Assembly (NCBI GenBank): GCA_040285825.1 | Contig: JAUPSS010000006.1 | Location: 248,001-312,000, forward strand | Length of the DNA: 64,000 nucleotides | DNA from: Eukaryota sp. TZLM1-RC | Lineage: Eukaryota; Protista; Metamonada: BaSk clade | Direction of reading: 5' to 3' | Shown: piece after piece, positions 23,590 through 37,075 of the stretch | Numbering within the stretch: position 1 is the stretch's first letter | Layout of the letters: every line of letters starts with the position of its first letter | The notes under the pieces: generated by a model | The model's database searches: none | Told to the model about the DNA's origin: nothing | Seen by the model: only the letters and a program-made list of their open reading frames with translations | Made by a program: the position numbers and the translations under genes

Positions 23590-26500
23590 ACTTAATAACC
23601 AATGACAATTAGAATTGACATCATGTCAAATCACAGTGATATTGTTGTGAATGTGTTATATGGTGCAAAATAATTATTAGTTAATTTGAAAATGTTTTAA
23701 CAACATCTTATTTAAAAATATAAATTTAATTTATTCACAAAATAATTCATCAAAGAGAAACTTACACTTACCCACTTGCTTCAATTGTCGTTTTGTTTTG
23801 AAAAACATGCGAGTAAGGAAAAGAAATGATCCATACAAATGTAATACTTCCTTTGACTGTCAATAGCAAAGAAACGTATCAATTCCGATGATACATTCAT
23901 AAATGTAACAATTTAAACCTTAAATGTTTGTGTATTCGACAGTTCGATAGATCATCAATTGAAATTGTTTAGGCATCCTAGTAAAATATCTACGTTAACT
24001 GTTCTATATCAAATCCTTTCATCATCTAATTTGTTCTCTTTGATTTGAAATGATTTAGCTAGTGTTGAATTTTTCAATAATTTTTATCATTAAATTCGTT
24101 CAACTTATTGAGTCGGTTTGCCATCCATAGTGGACATGATAGTTGAGTCTTTATCTACTAAGAGTCTGCTCAAAATTAAGCTATCCAACAAGACTCATCT
24201 GCCAATTTAAATAATATTGGGCATTCAACAATGTAGTTTATGAATTCATCCCATGTAGTATAATGTGATTTAATGTCATCTTTCGTAAATCTGAACAAAT
24301 TAATGGTAACAGTAACAATAAAACTTTCTGTAATGTTTTTATTGCTTCAGTTATCAAAAAAGATTGAAGAGAAGTCAACTTTTCCCTTTCTCCGTAACAT
24401 ATCAAGTTCTTTTGACTTGGAATCGTAATTACAGAAACTCTGTACATCGTTTGAAGATATTTTCAAATGCTAACTTAGTTAAATAATTCTATATTCTCTC
24501 GTAAAGGTTTAAGAACAGGTGTTCGTCAGTTAAAATACCGCTCTTTTTAAGGAAGTTACATCTTTTGATGCAAAAATTCTCATATAGGAGCACAGCAAGG
24601 GTCAAGTCGACGTAAGTGAGCTTGGTGGTTTATTTCTAAAGATAATGCCAGTTTTCCAAAAACCAAAGGGCAGGCGATCTTCGTTTGGTCAGCTAGGGCT
24701 ACTTCAAGGAAGTTGGGAGTAGCTTGTATCCCTTTGAAGGTTCAGCTGATTAGCTAGTGTTCAAAATGGCTAGTCTTCGTTTTGAAAAGAACCCAAGATA
24801 AAACTAGTGAAACTGATTAGTTAGACTAATTACTTCCAGCGGTGTAGTGCTCTTGTTTTGGGAGAGATACATTATTTAAATGTTGAATTAAAAGTTGTTT
24901 AATAAATTCTTTATAAAAACGGTTGATGACCAATCCAAAAACACTATTCCCAATAAGATACAATTCTATTTGCCAGTTTTTTCACATTGAATGTGAACAC
25001 TTCCTCCTTATGAGTATTGATACGACAGTTTAATGACCTTATAGATAATGACCTTTGGGTTTTCCTTCAAAGTTGTAAACACCTGATTAAAGAAAGTTGT
25101 GTCATGAGAAGGTAGAGACAACAAAGTATCGAAAAGAAAGAATTAAAAGAAAAATGGACAATGAAGTGATGGTTTCAACAAATCAGTGCCACGGTTCAAA
25201 GGACAAGGAATTAATTTCTGACGTGACAAGAGCGAGAGAGTCGGAAGCTGAGGTACAGACTACATCATCCACATAGAAGGGCTTCATGCAGGAACCAGAG
25301 ATGTGCTTGTTTTTGAAGGTGTCATTGGAAAATGAAGTATCTATAATGTTCGTTGAAGCATTTAATGTATGAAAAAACAAATGCGACGGTTCAAGAAACA
25401 AGGAATTTGGTTGAGACGTAAAGTGTGTAGAGTTGATCTTATTGTAAAACAACTTTACGAACTCGATGAAACAACCCGTTTCTTGGTTGAATATGTTACT
25501 GTTTTCACCAAAAACAGCTCCTTCAACTGTAACCTTTTTCAGAAAGAAAATACTTGAAGTAGTTCAAGTTTCACATAGTATAGTGAATATTTATCATTTT
25601 GCTGATGTTTTAAATTTTTACAGAAACAAAGATGTGAATAAATGAAATTTTATTGTTGAATGACTGATTGTTTTTATCGACTGACATTCTCAATGTCAAA
25701 TGAGTTTCCCCGTCGAAGGCGTGCACTCCCCTGGGAGGTTAAGCGTCCGTAGCAACTAAATAACAACAGCAAGGCGACAATTCCACCAAGTGCTGCTCAG
25801 TTATTCTCTACTGCAGCTTTTGTGAAGAGTACATTATACAAAATGTAAGCACAATAAACCAAACCGAAGCTACTGTATTGAAAAACCATAAAAATGTGTT
25901 ATTTATAACAATTTCCAGTGTTAAAGGATGTGGGTCCACCTATTGGGTACATTAGATAGTAGTCTGCATAATCATAAATAAAATCAATTTCACAACTGGT
26001 TAACTTTATTGGATATTTAATACAGTGGGTTTATAATCTTTACTAAAAATAAACATTGGTCAAATCATCAAAACAAGGTACACTAGTAATTAATCTATCA
26101 AGGATATATCAAATGGAGGTTCAGCAAACCATTCTGCTCTTCATTATCTTCATCTTCCACACCCTCATTATCCCAGTCAGAATCCATTTCGTACACTTCT
26201 TCACTGTAGATCATCGTAGTTTTCATCAACTATAGATTAAGAAGCTACTTCTAAACCAGTAAGGTCTACTGATAGTACTTTCTTTCACCAATTTCACGTT
26301 GTGGTCAATGAAAATTAGATTTTGTAAATTTTAGCGTTCAATCGGTTTCTCTTCAGTGTGGATTGCTTCAAACACAGACCAATTTCTCTAACAGGCAAAA
26401 GCAGACGCCACTTGTGTTAATGATCGTTGGGCCACGTATTGAAAGGTCTTTCACACATATCCACAAGTAGCCCACCACTAAGTTATAACTACTCTTCACT

Positions 26501-26620
26501 GGATCGGTGATAATTGGCAATTGCAATCGGTGATTTTGGACATTTCGGTATTACTTTATTCTAATACTGCCGACAACATTGCCGAATATTTGACAATTTT
26601 GTTTAATCAGTTTTCAATCA
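23590..26620 (-). repeat. Inverted copy of 10115-12990
   Basis: Reverse-complement match. Confidence 0.93.
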
Positions 26621-26780
26621 CTGACAAAATAATTTTGATTACCACCGATAAGGGAATGAACATTGTCAACGCCACAAAAATTCTAGAAAAACAATTAGAA
26701 CTGATTCCCTGCAGATGATGTGTGCCCACGTCCTCAATTTAGTTGTAAAAAGTGCTGATTTGACGTATATTAATTCCGAA
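26480..26780 (+). pseudogene. hAT transposase fragment (second family)
   Basis: NTADNIAEYL..KIILITTDKGMNIVNA, then frameshift to CAHVLNLVVK. Confidence 0.7.
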
Positions 26781-26899
26781 AACGGTGAAATTATTTGACC
26801 TGGTTAAAAAAGATAAAAAAATGCCAAAGTTCAGGATATACGTTGCAAAAGCGGAAAGAATTATTTACCCAATATTTTCCTGGATACTGCTGTGTGACA

Positions 26900-27345
26900 A
26901 TACCTCAAGACGTTTCAACTCGTTGGAACTGATGTACCTACACGCACACTCCAAATGGCGAACAATTTCTGTCAAATAATGACAAATGACCCAATTGTAT
27001 GGAAGCTTAACTTCTACAAAACAATGGCAGTCTTCTTTGACTGTCCAGCTCCGAAAGGATAAGCTGCTGCCGTTCATAAAGATTCCGCCGTTTCTGAGCA
27101 GGTACTTGGTTGGTATGACAAACATCATGCTCACATAACTGACTGATTTAACTAACAAGCAGGTGACCCTGCTAGGTTCCAATAGGTCAACCCCCTCCTG
27201 GAAGAAACTGACATCCAACTAAACGCTGACTCGATGACTTTTATCTTCTCTGCCGGCATCCAAGTAGTTTGTCCTTCCTCGAGAACATGCCCGGTGAAAC
27301 AATGAAGAGACACGCTCTCGCTCCATCCGCAAGCTACTCACCAGG
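26900..27345 (+). pseudogene. Degenerate DGPVxWK-family copy
   Basis: LQMANNFCQIMTNDPIVWKLNFYKTMAVFFDCPAPKG*, with several stops. Confidence 0.7.
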
Positions 27346-27489
27346 TTTTATTTCTTTCAGTCAACAAAATGAAAACACTTCTTGCGTTTAAATCCAAATC
27401 GACATCTACTCAGAAATTCATTCAAGCTCTTCAACAAAAAAACTTTGCCCTTGGATACACTTGCATCAGATGGTTTATCTCTCAGGTTA

Positions 27490-27684
27490 ACATTCTCAAC
27501 AGCTTCTGAGAGAACCATGAATCGCCGCTCAGCCAGAGAATTTGAAACTGCCATAACCAGTTGACAACACGATATGCCTGCCAAGATTCGGAAACGCAAC
27601 TCCAGAGTTCAACAACAGGTCCGTGCAAGGCAACGCCGAAGAACTGACGACGCCTATGAGCCTCCTCCAGTTGATCCAATTTGA
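27490..27684 (+). pseudogene. Partial copy of the 28693 ORF
   Basis: Identical RKRNSRVQQQVRARQRRRTDDAYEPPPVDPI-coding sequence. Confidence 0.75.
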
Positions 27685-28029
27685 ACTTGTGATTCCGAAT
27701 CTCAAATATGAAATTGAAACCCATTCTTTTAATAAGTGATAAGTACACCTTCAATCAGCCACTCAGACTCCACAACTGTTGATGTTGTTAATTTTCTGAT
27801 CGTAAATGAAAATGTTGTCATTAAGTTTTCCTTAGAAAATAAGTTACAGGATGAAGTAGAAGATTTAATTAATACCACGACTACAAAGGTTGACGAAAAT
27901 ATTTCTCCATGACATTTTCTGAAAATTTTATCAGCTGTACCACTGAATAAAATCAGCAAAACCCAAACAGCACGGAACTTATATGGTGTGCAAAATGACC
28001 AAATCATTTTAAAAATTGTGGATAAATCC

Positions 28030-28600
28030 ATCTTGGATTATATCAACAGCAGTTTTGGTATCAATGCCAAGACTTTGTAATGGTACCTCATCCGAGTGTG
28101 AGACTCCCCTTCGAGAATCATATGGAAGTGCACTGCGCACTCTATGATGTATCTTTCCGACCTGGCTGGCCGTTTCCTCCTATTGGCTTTCAGAAAGGAA
28201 CCGACAACTGGTGCCACTCTGACATTAGAAGCTTTCGCGCACTGCAAATGGCGAACAACTTTTGTCAAATACTTACTGATGGTCGTGTCTACTGGAAGCT
28301 GAACTTCTTCCGGACAATGGCTACCGTCTTTGAATGCCCTTGTCCAAAAAAATATGCTTCAGTGCTGAACACGACTGCAGCCACTATTCCTGACTCTTTG
28401 CAAACATGATATGATGCTCATTACGAGTACATACTGGACCTATTTACTCACCAAGTTGTCGATCCTCATCGTTTCCACACTATGTTGATGCTGGACAGTG
28501 TTAATCTCAATCCAGACAACACCACCTTCATCATCACTGCTGGGTTAAATATTTTATCCTTTCTCGAGAATACTGCATCTGATGCCATGATTTATCTCTT
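28030..28600 (+). pseudogene. DGPVxWK-family copy, TGA at 28407
   Basis: QFWYQCQD..GWPFPP..FCQILTDGRVYWKLNFF..CPCPKKYA..GLNILSFLE. Confidence 0.75.
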
Positions 28601-28692
28601 TTAGTCAAAAACTGGAAAATCATTTTCTTTCTTTTACTGCCAACCTTTGTCTGCTGATGAACCCGTTTGCCTATTTCAGAAAATAAAGGTAT

Positions 28693-29109
28693 ATGACTTA
28701 CACACAAAATTCAGATGCTGTTTCAATCCGCTTTTCATTTTCCTTTGCCCCCAAAAAAACCAAAAATCGCCGGATAGCCAGACAATTGGCAACCACCATA
28801 GCCAGTGGACTACATGATATGCCTACCAAAAGTCGGAAACGCAACTCCAGAGTTCAACAACAGGTCCGTGCAAGGCAACGTCGAAGAACTGACGATGCCT
28901 ATGAGCCTCCTCCAGTTGATCCAATTGAATATTCATTTTGTGCAATTGATCCTAACCACAAAAATTTGTGTGGGTATTCAATTGAAACAAGAATAAATAA
29001 TGAAAATGTTGACCATCAACTTTCGCACCTTGTTCTAAATTTAAAGGCAAAGAAGATCATTCAACCAACTGACCACAGCTTGGCTCAGTCTTGTTTTGCC
29101 TTTTTATAA
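28693..29109 (+). CDS. Unknown basic protein, AIDPNH family
   Basis: ORF track plus paralogy with 3856 and 27490. Confidence 0.5.
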   Translation: MTYTQNSDAVSIRFSFSFAPKKTKNRRIARQLATTIASGLHDMPTKSRKRNSRVQQQVRARQRRRTDDAYEPPPVDPIEYSFCAIDPNHKNLCGYSIETRINNENVDHQLSHLVLNLKAKKIIQPTDHSLAQSCFAFL

Positions 29110-32100
29110 TTTGGAACCATACGTAATTTTTGGGGGATCTATTTGGTACTTGAACATTCAGATTCTAAAGTTATGTGATTTTCTTATTTGAAAAAACTCC
29201 GTGGTTTGAATACCAGCAATTAACATACTGAACATCTACTTTATCTGTTTTGTGGTGCACGTGGAAATCCTAAAACAAAAATGACATCAAGAAATGCCGG
29301 ATGAACCAGATAATTTGAAACCTGATTTTTGCCGAGATGTGTTGTACTGTGTACATTTGTCATAGATACTTCACTAGTGATAACCTTTATAAAGGTCGGT
29401 GGATTTAGTAAATGATCTTTATCCTTTTACCTGTTACGCAGCATGTCTACAACAGCATCATTAATTAATGGCTTAGGCGGCCATGATGTGAACAGCAATC
29501 CTCCTCACCAGGAGAGACCTGATACAAAGGAGAGTAATCCTTTCTAAAGAGTAGTCCTTACATTTGGAGAAGTAATCCTCCGCCTGAGGAGAGAAACACT
29601 TCATCTACGAGGAGCGCTCCGCATACAGAAAGTAACATAGACGACCACACCTATGACCCAAACAACAATCTCCCAAATGGGATGAAGTTACCTCTTGGTG
29701 TGAGAAACCAACAGCTTCCTTCGAAAGTGACGGAAGGAGATGGAGAGGATATCTCTAACACGAACCCTCCTCCCTCCCCGTCCGAAAAAGCTCATAAATA
29801 CTCGTCTTCTGTTACTGTTACCTCCCCTCAGACGGGAACATCTAACCCAAACGATGGGACTGGAGATTGGAATGGTGATAAACCCCCCACTGCGCCTTCT
29901 GATATTCAATGGACGGACACAGAATACCGCACTTCTCAAGAGTGGTACCGTCGAGAATTGAAGAAGAGAGTCGCCTATACGGTTATAGACTTCTTCCGGT
30001 CTATCATTGCTAGCCTACCTGATCAAAGATTGGAGCGATGATGAAATCGTGGCTGCCATCGAGAATGAATCCAATATTATTGTGGATTCTTCTTGTATAG
30101 AGGAAAGGGAGGAGTTTCCAAAGAAACGATGGCCTTTCCTATTTGGTAGCTCACGTGGACAAACGCAGCACGACTTAGTTCTCGAACAACAAGATCAAGA
30201 AGTCAATTTTTTGGAACGATTGGATCAATGTTCAGAGAGCTCGGTTAGTTTTGTAGCTGAAGATCCTGGAAATTGTTACTATGACGCACCGCGTACAAAA
30301 TATCAGGCAGCTACTCCGAAACCTAAATATTGGCACAGGGATGCCATTCCTGACGAACGACTCCGCATAGGAAACTAATATCCGCGGAAGTGATGAGTAT
30401 GAGGACAGGTTGTTTTGTATCGCCAAGATGTATCCTCACCATCACAAAGGTCCATTACTCAGAGGAACGGTAAGGCATTTTCTAGTTGAAAATGTCCACC
30501 CAAGAGAGAGAATGATTAAGGTTCTCTTGCTGTTGGGAGGTCGATTCGTTGCGGATAGAGGTGACAATATCCAATTTCATCCTGATGAAATCTTTGTTAG
30601 AACTAAACTTGCTGTTAGAAACAAGGTGCATGTGCGCCATGAACTCGGATACAGTGATACCACTATCAAAATGAAGTTCAAAATACGAGTTCAAAATGTG
30701 CACTCGGTATGACTTTGGTGGCACCATCAATGGTGGTATAATCTCATCATTAGCTTTAGAAAATGCAGAAATTCAGCATCCTCAACGTGACTTTAATTAT
30801 CAGGATCAATGTTAATTATTAATCTCAGAAGTTAAAAAAATCAATGCACGAGTTGGATCAGAAATATAGGTTAATGGATTTTGATTTGAAACAAACGGAC
30901 ACATGAGTGTTTGTATTAACTCCTCAAAAGTAATGAATCAGAACTGGAATTTCGTGTTAACAAAACTAAAATGAATTAATTTTGTGAAAAAAAAAGAAAC
31001 CCTCAAATTGATGCATAAATAGAGTTTTATAAGTATTAAACCCACAAAGATTCAATAACATGTAGACTATACAGACACATGTAATCAGATCTTTCATGAC
31101 CGTAACCAACTTCAAACAGTTAAAAACTGAATGAATGATGATTACTCAGTCGTTTATGTATTTATAAATAAAGACTCAAAATAAAAAGAATTACTCTCAA
31201 TATTTGGTAGAGACTCTGTAAAATTCAAAAATCAATTAAATGAAAAAAAAATGCTTGGGTATGCGAGCTAAAAAAAGCTAAGTTTGTAAAGCTATAAGTG
31301 CAGCTTGTAAATTAAGAAAGAGATTTTAGGGAAAAAACTACAATAACTTGAGAAATAATTGTTTAGAAGATTTCCCTCAATAATTGCTGATAAAAACCAA
31401 ACGTCAAGTCGGTAAATAAAACCAACACACAAAAAAGAGTAAGTTTGGGAAATAGCGAGATAAATCATCACAATTAGAATCATCCATCTGCGTTCGAGTC
31501 CCACTATGCGACTTTGATTTCATGTCGAACTTTTACAGATGAGAGTAGATTGAACAATGCATCACAGAGGAGATGAGTGTTACGGAGATTTACATCATCA
31601 AGAAGAGATACGATGAAGGAGAGAAGATAGAAATTATTATCGGAAGTTCAGTAGCAAACCCGGTATTTATGGAGATCGGGGGTGAAGGAATTTGATGCAA
31701 GCAAAGGAAATGAATAAAAGAGCCGAAACTAACCATAACAGAGTTGGGTTGGCAAGGTTTCAGAGGATATCTGAAAAGGGTATCTGTATTACAGTGTTTG
31801 TTGGAAAGCGCAAAATGCTAATTTATTTATTTTTTGGCAGATACAGTTGCACCAATCACCGGTAGTTTATGGTATTTGTATCAAGGTACTGCCAACGGTT
31901 AGTAACATTGTACTGTCTTACTTTGCGTGAAATGCACTATGTGTAAAAATTAGAGACAGTGCTGCTCCCTTTGCTTTACATACAAAACCTTTTTAACCTG
32001 CAATTTCTTGCTTAGATTGTTGAAACATAAATGAATACCAATATTGATTTATACCACAATAATGAAAAAGAGATGATACATTACATATTCCTATTTTTCA

Positions 32101-33361
32101 TGCCTCCTCAACGTAAAAAGGTGCTCGTGCAGTAATTCCCCGTATGGTTTTAAGTGATAATAAATATTATTTTTATATACCACCAACAATTTGTTTAATA
32201 TTGAAGATATAAACATGTACAAATTTTGTGTTCAAAGCATGAAATGGTCTAATAGACTGCGAATGGTATAATAATGTTGTTAATGTTCTTATTACTTTGG
32301 TTGAACAGTCTCAAACCAAACCTGCGGAAGCCTGAGAATTTTCATGGAAGTATATATGAACCATATTGAGACATCTTGTAAGCTCGAGACACAATGTAAA
32401 ATAATAAAATATGTTTTTTCATAGTCCAAATTTCAAACTTTACCACGTGAAAAATACAAAAAAATGACCCGAAAAAAATGAACGTGGAAGATTGATCACA
32501 ATGATCAACCAAATCACGCAATTGTACTGTTGTACATTTGAACAGGGTTAACCTGAAAAACTGTCTGAAAAATGTAATGAAATTTATTACGAAGAGGAAT
32601 TGTATTCTCTCTTCTTATACTATACGGCGGATACTAAATAAACTAAACTATTAGCTATAAATACTATTCAAGACTAACATCTTGGAATCTCAGCTCCCCA
32701 ACTCTCACAACTCTCAATCTTTAAACGTCGATTCTGGCCAATCTACATCCAATGTCGACAAACCATTATTTGGAAAAGTCTTGTCCACCAGTGGATCTGT
32801 ACTATTAGAGGTATTTGCATGACTTTTGAGTATTTGCGTATGTTGGATAAATCACACTAATGAGTATTAATGATGGTTTTAACCATTTCCAACTCTTGTA
32901 GTTGTTGTTTCAAACTTGAAAATAAATATTGTTTATCCAAATGTACTGATAACAAGCTAGTATATACAAAAATGCTCACAACATTATCAAGTATGGTTGT
33001 ATGTGAAGGACAAGGCGGAAGAAGATGTGAACAAGGACGCCAAACAATATAGCCAACGATAGTTAGTGTTTGGACAAGAGATGAGTTGAAAGTGAGATCT
33101 GGAATTCAGTCTTGGAATTTCGTGGTTTGAAATCACATTAGTGAAATTTATTTTTCTGGCTAATATTATGCAAAATCGAAATGATGTGCCCCCTGGTGAT
33201 CATCAACGCCCCGTCTGGGGATCAAGTGAACCCGGTAGACCACCCAGTGGACTAGAATGGGGTCAACCAGTGCACCACCCAGTGGACCACCACCCAGTAT
33301 ATCATCCATATTTGACCAAATTTTAAGGGATGCAATAGGTGAATATGGCATTCCGAAACTA

Positions 33362-34294
33362 TTATTGATATTCAAAGGTCTCACCGCGGGTCCCAGTAGC
33401 CCGCATGGGTAGAAGCATAAAGACCAACTGGACAGTGGAGAGAGAGTGCCTTTTCATCACATCAGGGCAGTTATCTTCTAAAAAAGTTAAAATGTTCAAG
33501 CCAGATTGAACGATTGTTGCCGCAGACTCCATATTGATGGGAAATCGTTCGTTTCTTATTGAATTTTCGAACAAATTTTCACCACCACCAATATAGGCGT
33601 TGGCTGTCATATTGAGCCAATGGACCAAGATATGCTGGTGTATTTCTTGATACCATTGTAAAATTGGCTCATCTGGCTGAATCCCTTGAAGTACACAGTC
33701 GGCGTACTTCTTGGGCCAGGGGCAATTTAGAAACTGAGCACAGCTCTTGAAAAAATTGCGTTTCCAGACAACAGGGCCGTCAGCAAGCAACTGACAAAAA
33801 GCTTCTCGCAGTTGGATGGCTCGACTGCCAAGAAGAGTGGAAAGACACCAAAATCTACCACCGTCGGCTGAGGTGGTTTCATTCAGCGGTCGCCAGGGCC
33901 AAAAGTGCTGAACAAGGTGTTGCAGCGCTTGGTAAACCAAAGGCTGGTTCTCAAATGACCTCCTTTGTTTAGGCTCACTTTGGCACCCAAAGTCGAAACA
34001 GAGGCTCCAGAACTGGCTTTGAGTAGGCCACATAGAGTGTTCTGGGTATTGGAGCACAAAGAGTCGTGCTAGGTGAGTAGCATGAGCTCCAATACTAGTA
34101 AAAACTTGGAACTGGCGTTCCATAGCTTCTTGTGCCTCTGAGTCGAAAAACTGGTTGACAGACGCTCCCACAGTTGTAGTTTGTAGAACGTTATCCATGG
34201 CAGTCAACACAGAACGGAAACAGTCAGAAATGATTGAAAATTTGTTTCCTAAAATTGAAAATTTGTTGAAGTCAATCAATCTTATAGTTGTCAA
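33362..34294 (-). CDS. Intact member of the unknown DGPVxWKxNFF family (310 aa; true start may be MDNV)
   Basis: Long, GC-richer ORF; three decayed paralogs in the window conserve its W/C/P motifs. Confidence 0.75.
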   Translation of the reverse strand: MTTIRLIDFNKFSILGNKFSIISDCFRSVLTAMDNVLQTTTVGASVNQFFDSEAQEAMERQFQVFTSIGAHATHLARLFVLQYPEHSMWPTQSQFWSLCFDFGCQSEPKQRRSFENQPLVYQALQHLVQHFWPWRPLNETTSADGGRFWCLSTLLGSRAIQLREAFCQLLADGPVVWKRNFFKSCAQFLNCPWPKKYADCVLQGIQPDEPILQWYQEIHQHILVHWLNMTANAYIGGGENLFENSIRNERFPINMESAATIVQSGLNILTFLEDNCPDVMKRHSLSTVQLVFMLLPMRATGTRGETFEYQ

Positions 34295-34746
34295 TTCAAA
34301 GTAAAGTTAGTTACAAGTGTTTATTAATGATACATATCCTTTAAGATTACTTTCTGAATATTTTCCTTTCTTCAGACAAGAACTACATGTTACAAAAGTT
34401 GGTGAGTGGAGTTTGGTTGGGTTGTCATCATTCCCCAGATTCATAATTGAATTTCATTTCATCACTTACAACATTTCATCACTTACTCTACTACGAACCT
34501 TCTCCCTACAAATAACACTATGGTCACGCCTTCTGACACCACAAATCTAAGATTATGTCGGCCGTTGGGTCGGAGATTTTCAAACACAAGTACTTATAGA
34601 TGGGGTCAACCGAGTGGACCCTATATATATATATTAAGAACCTTCTCTATCCTATCTTAACATTGCATAACTTTCATCACTTTGTATTTCAACTTCATTA
34701 TGCCTTCTGTACTCTCATTAATCATTCTCTAGTCATTCCATAAACT

Positions 34747-35394
34747 TTGCTATTGTGTCTCGTGTTTCTCAATACAACACCTTACTTAGTTCCTTCCTTC
34801 GACTCTATGACTTCACTTAAGCCAATACATCTTGCCTCCACCAACGATGACAGCAGTGACGATGACAGCAGTGACGATATGGTACTCAGACGTAGCCCCT
34901 TACCTAGGGCCTACCCCTCTGATTCCAACACATTGAATGCAGTACTTACACAATCACAACTTACTCCCGGTGAATTAGCCCTTCAACAGGAACGTAACAA
35001 ACTTTCCCTAACAAGAGGTTCTTATCAGCTACGCCCTCTTCGTCGACGTGCTGCTAACCGTGATCAAATAACTCTTCCATCTTGGATTAACAATAAGCCG
35101 TATACCACACAGATTGCACTCTTTTGCAAGCGATCTTTGTCTAATTTTAAGATATATTTTGCTCGCTCTCTCTATCTGCAACATCACAAATGTTTAGGGT
35201 TGGGCCTCTATGCTGGTGAGAACATTCCTCGTCATGATTTTATTTGTCCACACAAAGGTGAAACCCATTATTTCTCATCCGTTGCTGAAGCTGATCAGTA
35301 TTGCGATTTAGTTGATTCATCATATTGCTTTGTATTCCCTTCCACCATTAAAAAAGGTCATTATCTTGTAGTTGATATGGGGTCGACCCTTTGA
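34747..35394 (+). pseudogene. SET-domain N-terminal half, truncated
   Basis: GLGLYAGENIPRHDFICPHKGE..YCF..VVD. Confidence 0.7.
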
Positions 35395-35469
35395 ACCGAC
35401 ACCATTTCCCGAACTTGATGAATATGTAAGGGATGCAATAACTCAATATAATATTCTAAAAGTACAATA

Positions 35470-35790
35470 GATCTTTACAAAAATACAGTTGTGAGCCACG
35501 ATTTCTTGAAAAAGTATCTTTCTTATGTTAAATCTTGTTTTTACCCTCACCTAGACCCTGAAGCTGCTGAACATGCAATTGATTTTTACTGTGAATTAAG
35601 ATCTAAATACGAGGGTCTAGGAATGAAGAGTCTCACCCATTTGCTGTACCAATAACTCCAAGATCCTTGGAAACAATATTTCGATCAGGTTCCGCTCCAT
35701 ACAAAGGTGATGTGCAGTGGGGTTGTTGAGGTTAAGGATGTTGAAGCTGCCATTGAAATAGCCAATGCAGCTTTGGAATCACCATTTACT
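35470..35790 (+). pseudogene. MCM helicase C-terminal (AAA+ lid) fragment, frameshifted
   Basis: HDFLKKYLSYVK..PHLDPEAAEHAIDFYCELR..PITPRSLETIFR..VEVKDVEAAI. Confidence 0.75.
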
Positions 35791-36092
35791 AACTTTTATT
35801 CTGATACTAGTACAAATGGAGAAGTAGATCAAAATCAATCGCAACAACGTCGCAACAGACGTGATAGGGTATATATTACCTTAGGTATTAACTCAACACC
35901 TTTTCCCATCCTTAACGTCCTTCACATCCAAAGCATCAGTGCTTTCTCCCCTCATATTTACATAAAGACACATGACCCGTCTCGGTTCTGGGTTTTGCAG
36001 ATTTCATTTCATTACCTTGCAATACCGTCCATTTTTTTCTTCCTACAGCTCTTGCATTGTCAAGCAAATGATAAATGTTTTTATTCTTATAG

Positions 36093-36138
36093 ACATGGCA
36101 TATGGCATATGGCACATGGCACATGGCACATGGCACAT
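36093..36138. repeat. 7-bp tandem repeat (CA[C/T]ATGG), about 6 units
   Basis: catggcatatggcatatggcacatggcacatggcacatggca. Confidence 0.9.
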
Positions 36139-36618
36139 ATGTATATATCAATTATTTGAGTTATTGATAAAATCAACAATCTGGTTCTTGCTCTAGAACG
36201 TCTGTCAGTGAGCCCTTTTCCCTTTACGATGTATCATTTTCCTCCTTTACCAGCCATTGATTGAGAATTGTTGATATAGATAAATGAATTTTTGTTTGAA
36301 TTGTTGAGTTTAAGTTTCATTGAATCCCACCAATGAACTATATTTATAAGAATTGCCGTCGTCCCAATGTTGCTACTTGTTTCCTCAACATTGAGTCTCC
36401 TCCATTAAAACAACCTCGTCTTAAATCTTCTCACAAATCTTCACCCTTATACCTTACTTCTTCTTTGATGAAGCTGATTTATTGGTACCTTTTAACCAAC
36501 ATATACAAGACCTGGAACCACTATCCGTCTAGAGTATTGTCGCTCTTCACTGAACGAAATTGCATTAGCAAGAGGTTTAGAAGTCTTCCAAATTCATCCT
36601 ATTTGTTTCAAAAAATGC

Positions 36619-37075
36619 GTGAAGGATCCTTCGGATTTCATTCTGCATCAAAATATTCATGACTTGGATGTCATATTTGAAAATCCAGTAAGAAACCTGA
36701 CAGTTATCAATAACAATATCAAGATAATTGACATTGACTTGTTCAAAGTGAAATATCAACCTCAATTGTTGTCTTTTTGTCCAAAGGTGGAAGTAATGCT
36801 TGGAGGGTCATTCACTTTGGATTTAAATCGTGTGAATTTGACACATTTATCCAATTTGAAAAATCTACATGTTAATTTCAATTGTAATGTGCAAAAATTA
36901 CCTCCTTCACTGATCAAGCTCATTATCAGTTGCGGTGATGTCACAGATTTAAGTAATTTGACATCATTAAAGGAGTTGGTTATACATGAATCCACTTTAG
37001 GATTGAAAATCTCAAATGGCCAAGTGGCTTTATCTCAATCTATTGAAATCTTTATTGAAATCTTTATTGAAATCA
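36619..37075 (+). pseudogene. Leucine-rich repeat protein fragment
   Basis: NLTHLSNLKNLHV, KLPPSLIKLII, DLSNLTSLKELVI; ends at a 12-bp tandem repeat. Confidence 0.65.

Noticed and set aside
9126-28409. UGA=Trp genetic code, suggested by TGA at conserved Trp positions (15995, 28407) and single TGAs at 9126 and 16738
   Set aside because: TGG is used freely, the 16738 TGA replaces an expected Arg (CGA), and TAA/TAG stops and frameshifts also interrupt these families. Ordinary decay explains it.
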